Of a DNA stretch of 64,000 nucleotides, positions 9,907-21,451 are shown piece by piece (within the stretch, counting starts at the first letter, position 1; each line of letters opens with the position of its first letter). The stretch is from positions 18,820 through 82,819 of the forward strand of contig CAVVII010000010.1 of the NCBI GenBank assembly GCA_963748055.1, in the 5' to 3' direction. The position numbers were made by a program, and so were the translations under genes. The notes beneath the pieces are model-generated. The model was not told where the DNA came from, searched no databases, and saw only the letters and a list, made by a program, of their open reading frames with translations. The DNA comes from an uncultured Verrucomicrobiae bacterium. Its GTDB lineage: Bacteria; Verrucomicrobiota; Verrucomicrobiia; Chthoniobacterales; JAFAMB01.

Positions 9907-12900
9907 ATGGCCGACGCTGAACGCTACCAGCATTACGAAGTCTTGCGGCGAGAAGACGGAAGCTTGTGGGAGCTGGGCAGGGGTGCTATGGGCATCACCT
10001 ACAAAGCCTTCGACACCAGTTTGCGCTGTCCGGTTGCGCTCAAGGTGATCAACAACTCCTACCTTAACAGCGAGGTCGCTCGCCAACGGTTCTTGCGCGA
10101 GGCGCGCGCAGCCGCCTCGCTCCGGCACCAAAACGTTGCTTCTGTCTTCCACCTTGGAACCGATCACGACAGCTATTTCTATGCGATGGAATTCATCGAC
10201 GGCGAAACCCTCGACGCTTGCATCAAGCGAAAAGGGCTGCTCGATCCGGCGGAAGCCTTGGGGATTGTGCTTCAGGTATCGCGAGCTTTGGCGGCAGCTG
10301 ACAAGGAGAGGCTTGTCCATCGGGATCTGAAGCCTTCGAACCTCATGCTGGTGGAGGAAGATGACGAGAAGGTGGTTAAAGTCATCGATTTCGGATTGGC
10401 GAAGAGCACGCAAAGAGGAGGCGATTCCTCGGGCACGTTGACGGTCGGAGGAGGGTTCGTCGGGACGCCTCATTTTGCGAGCCCTGAACAGCTCGAAGAG
10501 AGGGAGATAGATATTCGTTCGGACATCTATTCTCTTGGAGCCACGCTTTACTACATGCTCGCCGGTCGACCGCCCTATGCCGGATCGGTCGCGCAGATCA
10601 TGAGTCAGCATTTGTACAAGCCGATTCCGCGGGAACCGCTGGACAGTCTTCCGCCCTGTGTCGTGGATCTCATCCAACGAATGATGGAAAAGGATCCTGC
10701 GAAAAGACCTCAGCATCCGGCTGATCTGCGGCGCGAGATTCTTCCTTGTCTCGGACGGCTCCAAGGTGGAGTAACTGGCGGCAGTTCGGCCGCTGCGGTC
10801 GCGAACGCTGGGGAGCAAGCGGACACCTTAGCAACACTTGACCTTTCGAGTGCCGGATCTGGCGCAGCTGGTTCCGGCACTCTTCTCGCGCAACGATACA
10901 GGATCATTTCTGATCTGGGGGATGTGCCACACGGCCGACGGTTCCTTGCCTACGACCTCAGAAGGGCTCGTCCGGTGTCGGTGCTATTGCTTAGTCTTGA
11001 ATTCGTTTCCGACAGCAAGAGATACACGGCGCTTGAGCAGGAGATAGAACGATTGCATCGAACGCCCAATCCACTTTTGCGCCAGGTCTATTCGCTCGAA
11101 AGCGCCGCCCAGCAGAATATCCTGGTGGAGGAACACGTTATTGGTCCTTCACTGTTAGAGGTCTTGCGCGCCCGAAGTTTCTTGAGTCCGCCTGAGACCT
11201 GGCTCCTGCTCAATCTTTTGGCGCCGATAGCTGACCATGCGCAGTCCAATGAACTCAAGCAGGTCGATATCACTCTTTCCGGCGTGCAACTGATTTCGCC
11301 AAGGCTGACGGAGACCTGGGCTGAATCCGATATACTTCGCCAACCGCTGACGCGATGGGATCAGCTTGGTGTTAAGGTTGCGGCGGTCGACTTCTCCCTG
11401 TCTGCTTCCGATCCAACGAACTGGGTCGGAGCCGCGACATTGACGCAAATGGTCTCGGGAGGTGGAGCGCGAGCCAGCTACCTTCGCGCATTGAGCTTAT
11501 TGGTGTACGAGCTGTTGGGTGGACCGCGGAACGGTTTTGAATCAACAGGGCGGTACAGCCCGGTTTCCAGCCTTTCTGCGCAAGGGAATGTCTTTCTACG
11601 CCGAGGGCTGATTGATGATTTTCGGTCGGCTACCGAAATGGCGCTTCAACTTGGCGGCGAGATTGTTGCCAGAAATATTGACCCTGTCACGACCATGCCG
11701 GTGCCCGCGAGCTCGCCGGGCTGGACTTCGGTGAACTTGCCGTCCGGGGCTGCCATTCCGCCATCCGTGCCTGTTTCGCAGATCGAATCTGCCGGCCAAC
11801 CGCCGGTCGCAACTTCGTCGAACCGGGAGAAAACAAGACCTTCGGCGACGAAACTCCTCCCCTTTCTTTTTCTCGTAGCTGCCATTGGATTGGGGGGATA
11901 TATCGTTTATTTATTTTTTTTCATGGTGCCGGGCGCAAGGAAGGGCAGGCGAACAACCGTCCGTGAGAACCTTTTGACTCAATCAAGTACTCCGGCTGCG
12001 GGCGGGACCAGTACAACGCCAAGCCGAATGGCGTTGGCAAGCCCGGGTGCAAAGGCCAGTACGTCGGCAAACAGAGCGGCGTTGCCGGGCCCGAGCGCGG
12101 AAGCAAGAGCCACGCCTGACCGAGCCGTTTTCGGGAACCCGAGCGTGGAGGCCAGGGCCACGTCAAACCGAGCCACGTTGTCCAGTCCGAGCGCGGAGGC
12201 CAGAGCGACGCCAAACCGAGAGGCGCGCACCAATCCAAGCGTAGCAGCCAGCACCACGCCAAGCCGGGCGGACCTGGCGGGCCCGAGCGCAGAAGTTAGT
12301 GCCACACCAAGCCCTGCAGTGATAGCCATCCCAAGAGCAGAAGTCAGCGCGACACCGAGCCGACTGGTGCGAGCAGTCCAAGCGCAGAAATCAGCGCGAC
12401 GCCGAGCCGACTGGTGCAGAGCAGCCCAAGAGCAGAAATCAGCGCGACGCCGAGCCGAGTGGTGCAAAGCAGTCCAAGCGTAGAAATCAGCGCGACACCG
12501 AGCCGAGTGACGCAGAGCAGCGAGGAAGCCAGCGCGACACCGAGCCGAATGGTGCAGAGCCAGTCCAAGCGTAGAAATCAGCGCGACACCGAGCCGAGCG
12601 GCGCAGAGCGGCGAGGAAGCCAGCGCGACACCGAGCCGAGTGGCGCAGAGCAGCGAGGAAGCCAGCGCGACACCGAGCCGAGTGGCGCAGCAGCCAGCGA
12701 GGAGGCCAGCGCGACACCGAGCCGAGCGGCGCAGAGCAGCCCAAGCGTAGAAATCAGCGCGACACCGAGCCGAGTGGCGCTAGAGCAGCGAGGAAGCCAG
12801 CGCGACACCAAGCCGAGCGGTACAAACCAGTCCAAGCGTGGAAACCAGCGCGACGCCGAACGGAGCGGCGCAGAGCAGCCCAAGTGTAGAGGCCAGCACG

Positions 12901-14002
12901 ACGCCGAGCCGGGCGGCCCAAAACCGGGCAAGCGTCGACGCGGGTGTCTTGCCAGACCAAACGGCGCTCGTAAGCCCGAGCCCAGAGGTCGGCGCTTTGG
13001 CGAAACTGGAGCCGCTCGCGACACCAGACGGTCGAATGGCCAGTTTTCAGAGCCAGTCGACGAGACACTCGTCCGCCCCTGACGACTACCCGGAAAGACT
13101 CGCGGCGGCTCAGCGACTCATTGACTTCAATGATTGGCCGGGCGCTTTAAAGGCCCACCTTGAGCTCATCGAACGATATCCGGACAGACCTGCTGCGAGC
13201 CGCAGTCTGGAGAATTATTTGACCGACTGGAGTTCGAACGAACGCCGCCTCGACCCAGAATCCTTCGACTCAAATGAAACCCGATTTGGTCCGAGCAGCG
13301 GAGGACGGCGTTCTTCAAGCGATGCTTATTGTCGCGCGTTCCAGTCAAGAAACGGATCGAGCAACCGCCCTGCGGTGGTTCCAAGCGGCCGCTTCAAAAG
13401 GGAGCGTCGAAGGCATGAAAAAGGCCGGTGACTTAATCTATTCCAATCATCAGAGGCCTGACGACGATGCAAAGGCGCTTGGCTACTTTCGTGCAGGCGG
13501 CAAGTACCGGAGATCCTGACGCAGAGTACCTTGTTGGCGAATGTTATTTTTTTGGCAAAGGTACGACTCCTGACGTCGATAAGGCGATTCAGTTTTTGCA
13601 GCTGGCGGCGGATCGGCGCTACCCCAAGGCGATGGATTTATTGGGTACATGCTATCGGAAACAACGAAACTTTGAGCAGGCTCGTCGGTTCTATGAAGAG
13701 GGGGCGGCGGCAGGGTACGCTTTATCCTACTATAACCTGGGGTACATTTATCATGAATGGAGAAGGCGTCACCCGCAATCCCAAGAAAGCCGAGGAACTG
13801 TTCAGGCAGAGCGCCGAGCTGTTCAAACAAAATGCTGAGAGGGGTCGAACTGATCCCCATGTTTTACTATGCGAACTGGTTGGAGCGGGGGATTGGCGTG
13901 CCGAAAGATCCAAAGGCTGCTTCGGAATGGTTTCGCCGAGCCGCGCGTGGAGGGTATCCGCCGGCGCTCGATTGGTGCAAACGAAACGACGTAGTTCCAT
14001 AG
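9907..14002 (+). CDS. Membrane Ser/Thr kinase: kinase + pseudokinase + TM + 16-aa Ser/Thr/Pro repeats + Sel1 repeats (frameshifted)
   Basis: LGRGAMG, VALK, HRDLKPSN, DFG, GTPHFASPE; second degenerate kinase lobe; TM FLFLVAAIGLGGYIVYLFFF; Sel1 pieces in ORFs 13274, 13467 and 13757. ATG at 9907 aligns with the paralog start. Confidence 0.85.
12030..12930 (+). repeat. About 48-bp degenerate tandem repeats in the kinase stalk (PSxEx(S/R)ATPSR...)
   Basis: Recurring AGCGCGACACCGAGCCGA units. Confidence 0.75.
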
Positions 14003-14081
14003 GCTGCGTTTAAGCTGTCCTGCTATCCTGCGTGGAGCAGGGAACTGGAGCGGTAGGAGGGACGCACTCACGCTGGTCCGC

Positions 14082-15774
14082 TCAGCGCGACCGAGTCAGG
14101 TTAGCGTGAACGCCTTCGAAGGTAGCTGCACATTTCGGCGCGTCCGGCTTTCCGCTCTGAAAACAGGGGCTGGAGCAGTAGGGCCTGACGACCAGCATTC
14201 CTTCCCGCGCCAGCGACTCAAGCCCTTCATGGACACGGCGTTCCAGGATCACTGCAACTTCGGCCTTGGTTCTCGACCGCACGCCGTTCTCAAGAACCTC
14301 GCCGCGTCCGGATCGGACGTATTCGATCAGGTCGCGTGTGAGCATTTCCCGGTCGCGTGTCCCATCCAGCAGTTGAACAAGCCGGCGGCTCAGCGGGTCC
14401 GGAAACCTCATGGATAGGTGAAGCTGGTTAGTGGCAAACTCGCCGCGCTCCAACAGAAATCGCGCCAATCCGCTCACCGACGGGCGTTCACTGACCACGT
14501 TAGTGACTTCGTGAGGGAAAATCTGCAATTGCAGAAAACCGGCTCGGTAAGCTTTCGTCAGGGCCTCGGCAAGGATCTCCGTCTCGATCGATGTCGGCGT
14601 GACCAACTGCTTCGGCGTCGAGTGCCGCTCGCGCGTTCGCGAGAAGAGCTTTCAAACGAAACTGCGGCGGGCCAGTGGGACCAGAGGGACTTTAACGCTG
14701 CGCAGATCAAGGGATCCGCCGTTTCCAATTCTGCTCCTTTCGTCCTCCGGAACAGGGTGGTTTTGCTGCTCTGGATCTCCGCTCGTCTTCCTTTGGGACC
14801 GCATCGCAGGATGCGTAAAGCTTCAGGAACCCGTTCAACCAGCAGATCCGGAGCAATCTCCAATTCTTTATGACAAAGCAGAGTCTCGCGGAAGGCGGAA
14901 CCGCGAACGAAATCCTTGTATTGTTCCCGCACAGCCTCCGGTGCTCCTTCGAGTTCCTTCATCCTTTGCATGACTTGCGGAGTAAATTGTCCCGGCTGTA
15001 AGTCGTTCGCACGAGCTTCTCCGACGAACTGCAGACCGTGACGCCCGGCGTCAGAAAGGAATTCGTGGACATAGAAGGGTTGATTGATCTCGCTCAAATC
15101 ATCATGGAAAAAAGCTTCGTCTACGTATTTGAGGGTTCGCTCATATTGCGCCCGAATTGCCGCAACGTAATAGTCGGGCTTTGGCGTAGATTCCGCCAGG
15201 AACTTCAGAAGCCCGCGCGCCTGTCCCACCTTTTCCATCGGATCCTCGAAACCCGCCGTGTGGAAACGCATCATGCCCGGACGAGATCGCGCAAGTGGTT
15301 TCCAGGATAAGCGTTGTAACTGATGTATGCGACACCCTGCGGGTTGAGCATTTCCCGACAAATTGCCAAAATGCGCTCCCGCACAGGCTGCGGAACCCAG
15401 GAATACAGCCCGTGGGCGATGATAAAGTCGAATCGCCCAAATCGCTCGGACGATGCCTCGCAGACGTCCATCGAATGAAGGGTGATATTCTCCAGACCGA
15501 GCTCCTTCACGCAAGATTGGCCGGAAAGCGATCGGACGTTGCGCAAGGTCAAGACCGACAAACTCGCTTGCAGGTAGCTGGAAAGCCATTCCGATGAGGT
15601 TGCTGCCCGCGCCGCAACCCAGTTCCAGCACACGACACCGGTTTATCGGGCGCCGGCTGCATTCCACGGAGAAAAGCGACGGTCGCAAGCCGGTTCGGGT
15701 GGGTCTGCGGAAACGACCGCCGCCGGATACAAAACTTCATCGTACACATTGAGAGCGCCTCCGGCAGTCTTCAT
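14082..15774 (-). CDS. Class I SAM methyltransferase with methyltransferase regulatory domain, PKMT-like architecture (frameshifted)
   Basis: Joined frames read MKTAGGALNVYDEVLYP..FPQTHPNRLAT..RVLELGCGAGSNL..FDFIIAHGLYSWV..YISYNAYPG..HDDLSEINQPFY..FRETLLC..LDGTRDRE. GGAG precedes the ATG at 15774. The 3' end is uncertain. Confidence 0.8.
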
Positions 15775-15855
15775 ACTCCGTTAGGGTGTGGATAGCGAAA
15801 TAGCACTCGACAAGCCAAAAGAGATCCTGTCTGCTGGACCGATATCGTCGCATCC

Positions 15856-16896
15856 ATGATTGTCGCAGAAGAGCTGCTGAAGCCGATTTCCGATGAAGCG
15901 CCCTGTGGGGAGGATTTGTCTTATGATCCGGGTCTGCAGGAACTGGAGACCCTTGCTCGCGGCAAACCGGAGACACAGTTTTCGGCCGCGGAGCCGCCGA
16001 ATTGGAAAGAATTGCGGGCTCGATGTTTGGAGCTGTTCGCTCGATCGAAGGATTTGCGTGTCGCGATGACGCTCGCGGTGGCTTCTCTGGAGCTTGATGG
16101 TCTACCCGGTTTTCTGGAGAGCTTGTCGGTGATAAAAGGGTTGCTTGAAAGATTCTGGCCCACCGTCTACCCACAACTTGATCCGGCGGACGACAATGAT
16201 CCGCTGCAGCGGATGAATATCGTCGCCTCGATGGCGATGCCGGTCGGTACGTATGGCGATTCGTTTCGGATACTTGAACGCCTTCGTGCGATTCCGCTTG
16301 TGCGACTCCGTGCAACTGGGACGGTACAGCCTGGCCGACATCATTCGGGCCGAAACTGGAGCGCCGTCGACGGACGACAAACCAGAAGTTAAAATGGCCC
16401 AGATCGATGCGGCTTTCCGCGACTCAAAGCAGGACGAGCTGGGTCGAGAAATTTCGGATTTTAAGTGATTGCGTCAAGCTGGTGCAAGGGATTGACGAAT
16501 CGGTTACGCTCGACCGTTGGCGCCTGCGAACGCGCCTGACCTGACACCTCTTTCAGGCGAACTAACGGCGATGCTGAGTCGGATTGCTCCATACGTCAAG
16601 AAAGGCGGTGGCTGCAAGCTGTCGAAGGGGATGCTGCGCCAGGAGCGGCGGACCAGGGAAGTGCCGGTCAATCCGCCCTTTCGACCGAAGGAGAAATTCG
16701 CTCTCGAGAGGATGTTTTGAATCTGCTCCAGAAGATCTGCCAGTACTATGAACGAAACGAGCCGTCCAGCCCGGTACCGCTGATGCTGAAACGTGCTGCT
16801 CGGCTGGCGGAGATGGATTTCATGCAGATCATTAACGATTTGTCGCCGGACGCAATCCCTCAGATTCGCATTGTCACGGGTGAAAAAGAGGAATGA
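15856..16896 (+). CDS. tssA: T6SS TssA (ImpA N-terminal domain), frameshifted
   Basis: LLKPISDEAPCGEDLSYDP, SKDLRVA; C-terminal YYERNEPSSPVPLMLKRA..MDFMQII. Confidence 0.9.
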
Positions 16897-17181
16897 CCGC
16901 TGCCGAATGCGCGGCCACACAATGCAATTGACAAATTGACGAGAATTTTGACGAGATGGCTAAACGGAAGTCCAGGAAGGCCGATAAAAGAATGGTGGAC
17001 AGATGCGGGAACACGTTTCCAGGCTGATTCAGTCTGTCGGGATAGTCCCTTCATGTGACTTCGAAAACAATAGGAAATGGCAGAATCGCTCTCACGGGTC
17101 TTTCGCATGCTTGAGCTCGAGTACGAAGAGCCTTTGAACGTCCGCTATTCTGCTGCCTGCACAACTCAATGATTCACGTTT

Positions 17182-17706
17182 ATGGCAAAAGCTAGCAGCC
17201 AGAAATTTATTGCTCGAAATCGGGCGCCGCGCGTTCAAATCGAATATGACGTGGAGGTTTACGGGTCGCAGAAAAAAATCGAACTGCCCTTTATCATGGG
17301 TGTCATGGCGGATCTTTCCGGCAAACCGGTCGACCCGCTCGCGCCGGTGGCTGATCGAAAGTTTCTTGAGATTGATATCGACAATTTCGATGATCGATTG
17401 AAGGCGACCAAGCCCCGGGTGGCTTTTAGAGTACCAAATACTTTGACCGGGGAGGGGAATCTGAGTGTCGATCTGACTTTCGAAAACATGGATGACTTCT
17501 CCCCGGGTGCAGTTGCGCGTAAAGTTGAATCTCTTAACAAGTTGCTCACCGCTCGGAATCAACTTTCTAACCTGATCACTTACATGGATGGCAAAGTCGG
17601 CGCGGAAGAGGTGGTCAAAAAACTTCTCGCTGATCCTGCTCTATTAACAGCACTCGCTTCGGCGCCGAATCCGGAAGGCGAGAAGGAGGCGGAGAGCGCA
17701 ACTTAG
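17182..17706 (+). CDS. tssB: T6SS contractile sheath small subunit
   Basis: RAPRVQIEYDVE, ELPFIMGVMADLSG, DDFSPGAVA. Confidence 0.97.
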   Translation: MAKASSQKFIARNRAPRVQIEYDVEVYGSQKKIELPFIMGVMADLSGKPVDPLAPVADRKFLEIDIDNFDDRLKATKPRVAFRVPNTLTGEGNLSVDLTFENMDDFSPGAVARKVESLNKLLTARNQLSNLITYMDGKVGAEEVVKKLLADPALLTALASAPNPEGEKEAESAT

Positions 17707-17718
17707 GCGTAACGATTT

Positions 17719-19221
17719 ATGGCTCAAGAGAATCCCCAAACCCAGACGGAGCTAGCGGCCGGTGCAACAACATTCGAGCCTACCGAGTTCGAGGCCCTGC
17801 TTAACAAAGAATTCAGGCCGAAGACCGACCAGGCCAAGAGCGCGGTTCAGGAGGCTGTCAAGACGCTCGCCCAGCAGGCGCTGGGCGCCGCTTCTTTAAT
17901 CTCAGACGACGTTCTTCTCACCATCCAATCTCTGGTCGGTGAACTGGATCGCAAGCTTGCCGAACAAGTCAACCTGATCATTCACCACGAGGAATTCAGG
18001 AAACTGGAAGGGACTTGGCGCGGGCTTTACCATCTCGTGAGTAATACCGAGACGGATGAAATGTTGAAGATACGGGTGATGAACGTGTCGAAGCAGGAGC
18101 TCGGGAAGACGCTGAAAAAATACAAGGGAGTCGCTTGGGATCAAAGTCCAATCTTCAAGCGGATTTACGAGGACGAATACGGTTCGCCCGGCGGCCAGCC
18201 CTATGGCTGCCTGATCGGTGATTACTATTTCGACCATAGCGCGCCCGACGTCGAATTACTGGCCGGAATGGCGCAGATTGCCGCTGCTGCTCATGCTCCT
18301 TTCATTTCGGGCGCTGCGCCGACGGTCATGAACATGGACACTTGGCGTGAGCTCAGTGATCCGCGTGACTTGACCAAGATTTTTCAGACGCCCGAGTACG
18401 CACCATGGCGATCCCTCCGCGATTCAGAAGACTCGAGGTATCTCGGTCTGGCAATGCCACGGTTTCTCTCCCGCATACCCTACGGCGCGAAGACATCCCC
18501 GGTCGAAGATTTCGCCTTTGAAGAGGATGTGGAAGGCGCCGACCACAACAAATATGTCTGGTCGAACTCTGCGTATGCCATGGGAACGAACATCACTCGA
18601 GCCTTCAAGCTCTGGGGCTGGTGCGCGCAGATTCGCGGAACCGAAAGCGGCGGAATGCTGGAAGGCCTGCCGGTGCACACTTTCCCGACCGACGACGGAG
18701 GCGTGGACATGAAATGTCCAACGGAGATTGCTATTACCGATCGGCGTGAGGCGGAGTTGGCTAAAAACGGCTTTATGCCGCTGTCGCACTACAAGAATAC
18801 CGATTATGCCGTATTTATCGGCGCTCAATCGCTTCAGAAGCCGGCTGTCTATTACGATCCGGACGCGACGGCCAACGCAAACCTGGCGGCAAGGCTGCCG
18901 TACTTGTTTGCCACCTGCCGCTTCGCGCACTATCTCAAGTGTATGGTGCGCGACAAGATCGGGTCATTCAAGGAGCGTTCCGATATGGAACGCTGGCTGA
19001 ACGATTGGATTCGGAATTTCTGTGTTGACGGCAGCACAGCTTCCGAAAGTCAAAAAGCCAAGCGTCCCTTGGCTGATGCTTCGGTCGAGGTCACAGAGGT
19101 GGAGGGTAACCCCGGATACTACAATTCCAAATTCTTTTTACGGCCGCACTATCAGCTTGAGGGTCTGACCGTCTCTCTCCGTCTGGTGTCGAAACTTCCT
19201 TCGGCCAAAGGCGGCAAATAA
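17719..19221 (+). CDS. tssC: T6SS contractile sheath large subunit
   Basis: LEGTWRGL, KCPTEIAITDRREAEL, RFAHYLK, LRPHYQLE. Confidence 0.98.
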   Translation: MAQENPQTQTELAAGATTFEPTEFEALLNKEFRPKTDQAKSAVQEAVKTLAQQALGAASLISDDVLLTIQSLVGELDRKLAEQVNLIIHHEEFRKLEGTWRGLYHLVSNTETDEMLKIRVMNVSKQELGKTLKKYKGVAWDQSPIFKRIYEDEYGSPGGQPYGCLIGDYYFDHSAPDVELLAGMAQIAAAAHAPFISGAAPTVMNMDTWRELSDPRDLTKIFQTPEYAPWRSLRDSEDSRYLGLAMPRFLSRIPYGAKTSPVEDFAFEEDVEGADHNKYVWSNSAYAMGTNITRAFKLWGWCAQIRGTESGGMLEGLPVHTFPTDDGGVDMKCPTEIAITDRREAELAKNGFMPLSHYKNTDYAVFIGAQSLQKPAVYYDPDATANANLAARLPYLFATCRFAHYLKCMVRDKIGSFKERSDMERWLNDWIRNFCVDGSTASESQKAKRPLADASVEVTEVEGNPGYYNSKFFLRPHYQLEGLTVSLRLVSKLPSAKGGK

Positions 19222-19367
19222 TTCATTCGGACAAAGTTAGTCGTTGGCAAATTGTCTCCCGCTTCTCGACCGTTTCCGCTGTCGCGCCGCAGCGGACTCG
19301 CTGCAGGTCGGGGGCTAACCGGTCACTAAAACAAGGGCGCTAAAACACGAAAGGATAAAATTACATT

Positions 19368-19850
19368 ATGGCAGTAGACATGTTCATCAAGATTGCAACG
19401 GTTGATGGGGAGTCTAAGGACTCTAAGCATAAGAAGGATATCGACGTTCTGGCCTGGTCTTGGGGCATGAGCAATAGCGGGTCCGCTCACACCGGCGGTG
19501 GCGCCGGAGCCGGCAAAGTCAATGTCCAGGACCTGAGCTTCACAAAATGGGTCGATAGCTCGACGCCAAAGCTTTTACTGGCTTGCTGCGACGGGAAGCA
19601 CTTCGACGATGCGACCCTCGTCGTGCGTAAGGCGGGCGAGAAGCCGGTCGAATACATCAAGATTAAACTGGAAGAGGTTCTCATTACCTCGATTTCGACG
19701 GGAGGATCCGGTGGCGAGGATCGTCTAACGGAAAACGTGACGCTCAACTTTTCAAAAGTTAGCCTGGACTATGTTCCGCAGGATGATAAAGGCGCGGCAG
19801 GGACGGCGATTCCAATGACTTGGGATATCGCGGCGAACGAGAACAAATGA
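19368..19850 (+). CDS. hcp: T6SS tube protein Hcp
   Basis: GESKDSKHKKDIDVLAWSWG, DLSFTKWVDSSTP; AAGGA ribosome-binding site upstream. Confidence 0.97.
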   Translation: MAVDMFIKIATVDGESKDSKHKKDIDVLAWSWGMSNSGSAHTGGGAGAGKVNVQDLSFTKWVDSSTPKLLLACCDGKHFDDATLVVRKAGEKPVEYIKIKLEEVLITSISTGGSGGEDRLTENVTLNFSKVSLDYVPQDDKGAAGTAIPMTWDIAANENK

Positions 19851-19877
19851 CAGTTATTGACTGCCTCTAAACTTAGC

Positions 19878-19911
19878 CCGGTGAATTCTTGCCAGGTTCA
19901 TCCGGTCTTTT
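19878..19911 (+). terminator. Possible intrinsic terminator after hcp
   Basis: CCGGTGAA...TTCATCCGG imperfect stem followed by TCTTTT. Confidence 0.3.
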
Positions 19912-20131
19912 GCCGGCAGAATTGAGTTTCGGCCATAGCGTCGGCGCCGCCTAAGGAGAAGGATGGACGCTCAGGTGGGGTTGGGCTTCGCCGATCGCTT
20001 GGACGTTGTGAATACATCCTATTAAGTCCTCGGTAAGATTCCTCGTCAATTTACACGAGCTGTTTCTTTTTGCGTTGTGCTCATCGCGTTTGGCCGGGAA
20101 TGTTGTCGGGATTGCTGATGTTTAAAATCTG

Positions 20132-20936
20132 ATGATAGCGGAGCAGCTTCTCAAAGATGGCCGGCCGGAAGAGGCATTGAAAGATCTTCAGAAGGCCGTT
20201 CGGGATGATCCTGCGAACCCAAACCGCGCGTTTTCCTGTTCCAGCTGTTGAGCGTGCTGGGTGATTGGAAACGGGCTGACACCCAGCTTCAGGTGCTTGT
20301 CCGAGATGGATTCGGATAGCATGATGCTATCCCGGATTTTTGAACCTATTCTAGTTTGCGAAGCGATTCGAACGGACGTATTTGCCGGCAAACGAACGCC
20401 GATTATTTTCGGTGAGCCGCCCGAGTGGGTTGGATCTCTGGTGCAGGCGATGGAGCTGTTCGGCAAGGGTGAGTACAGGGCCGGTATCGAACTGCGTGAC
20501 AAAGCGTTCGACGCGGCACCGATGACCGGGGGCAAGATCAACGGCGAAGTCTTCGAGTGGATTGCCGACTGCGGACGAACGGCTGGGTCCCGTCCTCGAG
20601 GTGATTCTTGAAGGCCGTTACTATTGGATCCCTTTTTGTCGCATCCGCCAGGTTTTTATCGAACCCGTTACCGACCTCAGGGATTTAGTATGGGCGCCGG
20701 CACAGTTCGTGTGGGAGAACGGTGGTGAAGCCGCCGGCCACATTCCTGCTCGGTACGCCGGGACGGAGCGTTCCGAGGATGGTAATTTGAAGTTGGCTCG
20801 AAAGACCGAGTGGCTCAACAAGGCCGGGGTAAATATCGGCCTTGGCCAAAGGATTCTTGCGACAGATGTCGGCGAATATCCATTGTTGGAGGTTAGAACA
20901 CTTGAGTTTACCGTTCCTGAGACATCGGCGCCGTAA
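20132..20936 (+). CDS. tagJ: T6SS accessory TagJ (ImpE/SciE), frameshifted
   Basis: MIAEQLLKDGRPEEAL..DERLGPVLE..YYWIPF..DLRDLVWAPA..IPARY..GLGQR. Confidence 0.9.
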
Positions 20937-20947
20937 CTTTCGCTCCA

Positions 20948-21451
20948 ATGGCCGAAGGAATCACTCCGCTCGAGAGACTACAGCCTTGTTTGCTCGATCG
21001 TCTCACGGACGAGGAACCGGGAAACCGCGAGGAGAGCCGCAACCAGCGGATCATTTCTCTCCAACGTTATAAGGCCGGAGTGCTTCGAGATCTGGAGTGG
21101 CTTTTCAATTCGATCGGTCATTACCCGGACGAAGTGGTAGGCGAAGTTACATTTGCTGATTACGAAGACGCCTTTCGCTCCGTCATCAACTTCGGAATTC
21201 GCCAACTGTACGGGCGTCTCGCACCGGATATTGAAGAAATCGAGAAACAACTGTTTGACGCACTTATCACGTTTGAACCGCGGATCAATCGCCATACCCT
21301 GAAGGTGAGTGTGAAGATCGAACGGAACCTCCTTTCGATCGAACTGACGGGCGAACTTTGGGTCAACCCATTGCCGGAAAAGCTTTTCATCAAGACTGTG
21401 CTCGATCTCGAGTCAAGCGCCTGCAGCACGAAGGAAGGCAGCCATGGATGA
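20948..21451 (+). CDS. tssE: T6SS baseplate TssE (gp25-like)
   Basis: QPCLLDRLTD, VLRDLEWLFN, SVINFGI, FEPRI. Confidence 0.95.
   Translation: MAEGITPLERLQPCLLDRLTDEEPGNREESRNQRIISLQRYKAGVLRDLEWLFNSIGHYPDEVVGEVTFADYEDAFRSVINFGIRQLYGRLAPDIEEIEKQLFDALITFEPRINRHTLKVSVKIERNLLSIELTGELWVNPLPEKLFIKTVLDLESSACSTKEGSHG

Noticed and set aside
19257-19320. Nested stem-loop between tssC and hcp as a riboswitch
   Set aside because: Only short GC-rich stems with no recognisable aptamer; it may be an mRNA stability or processing hairpin
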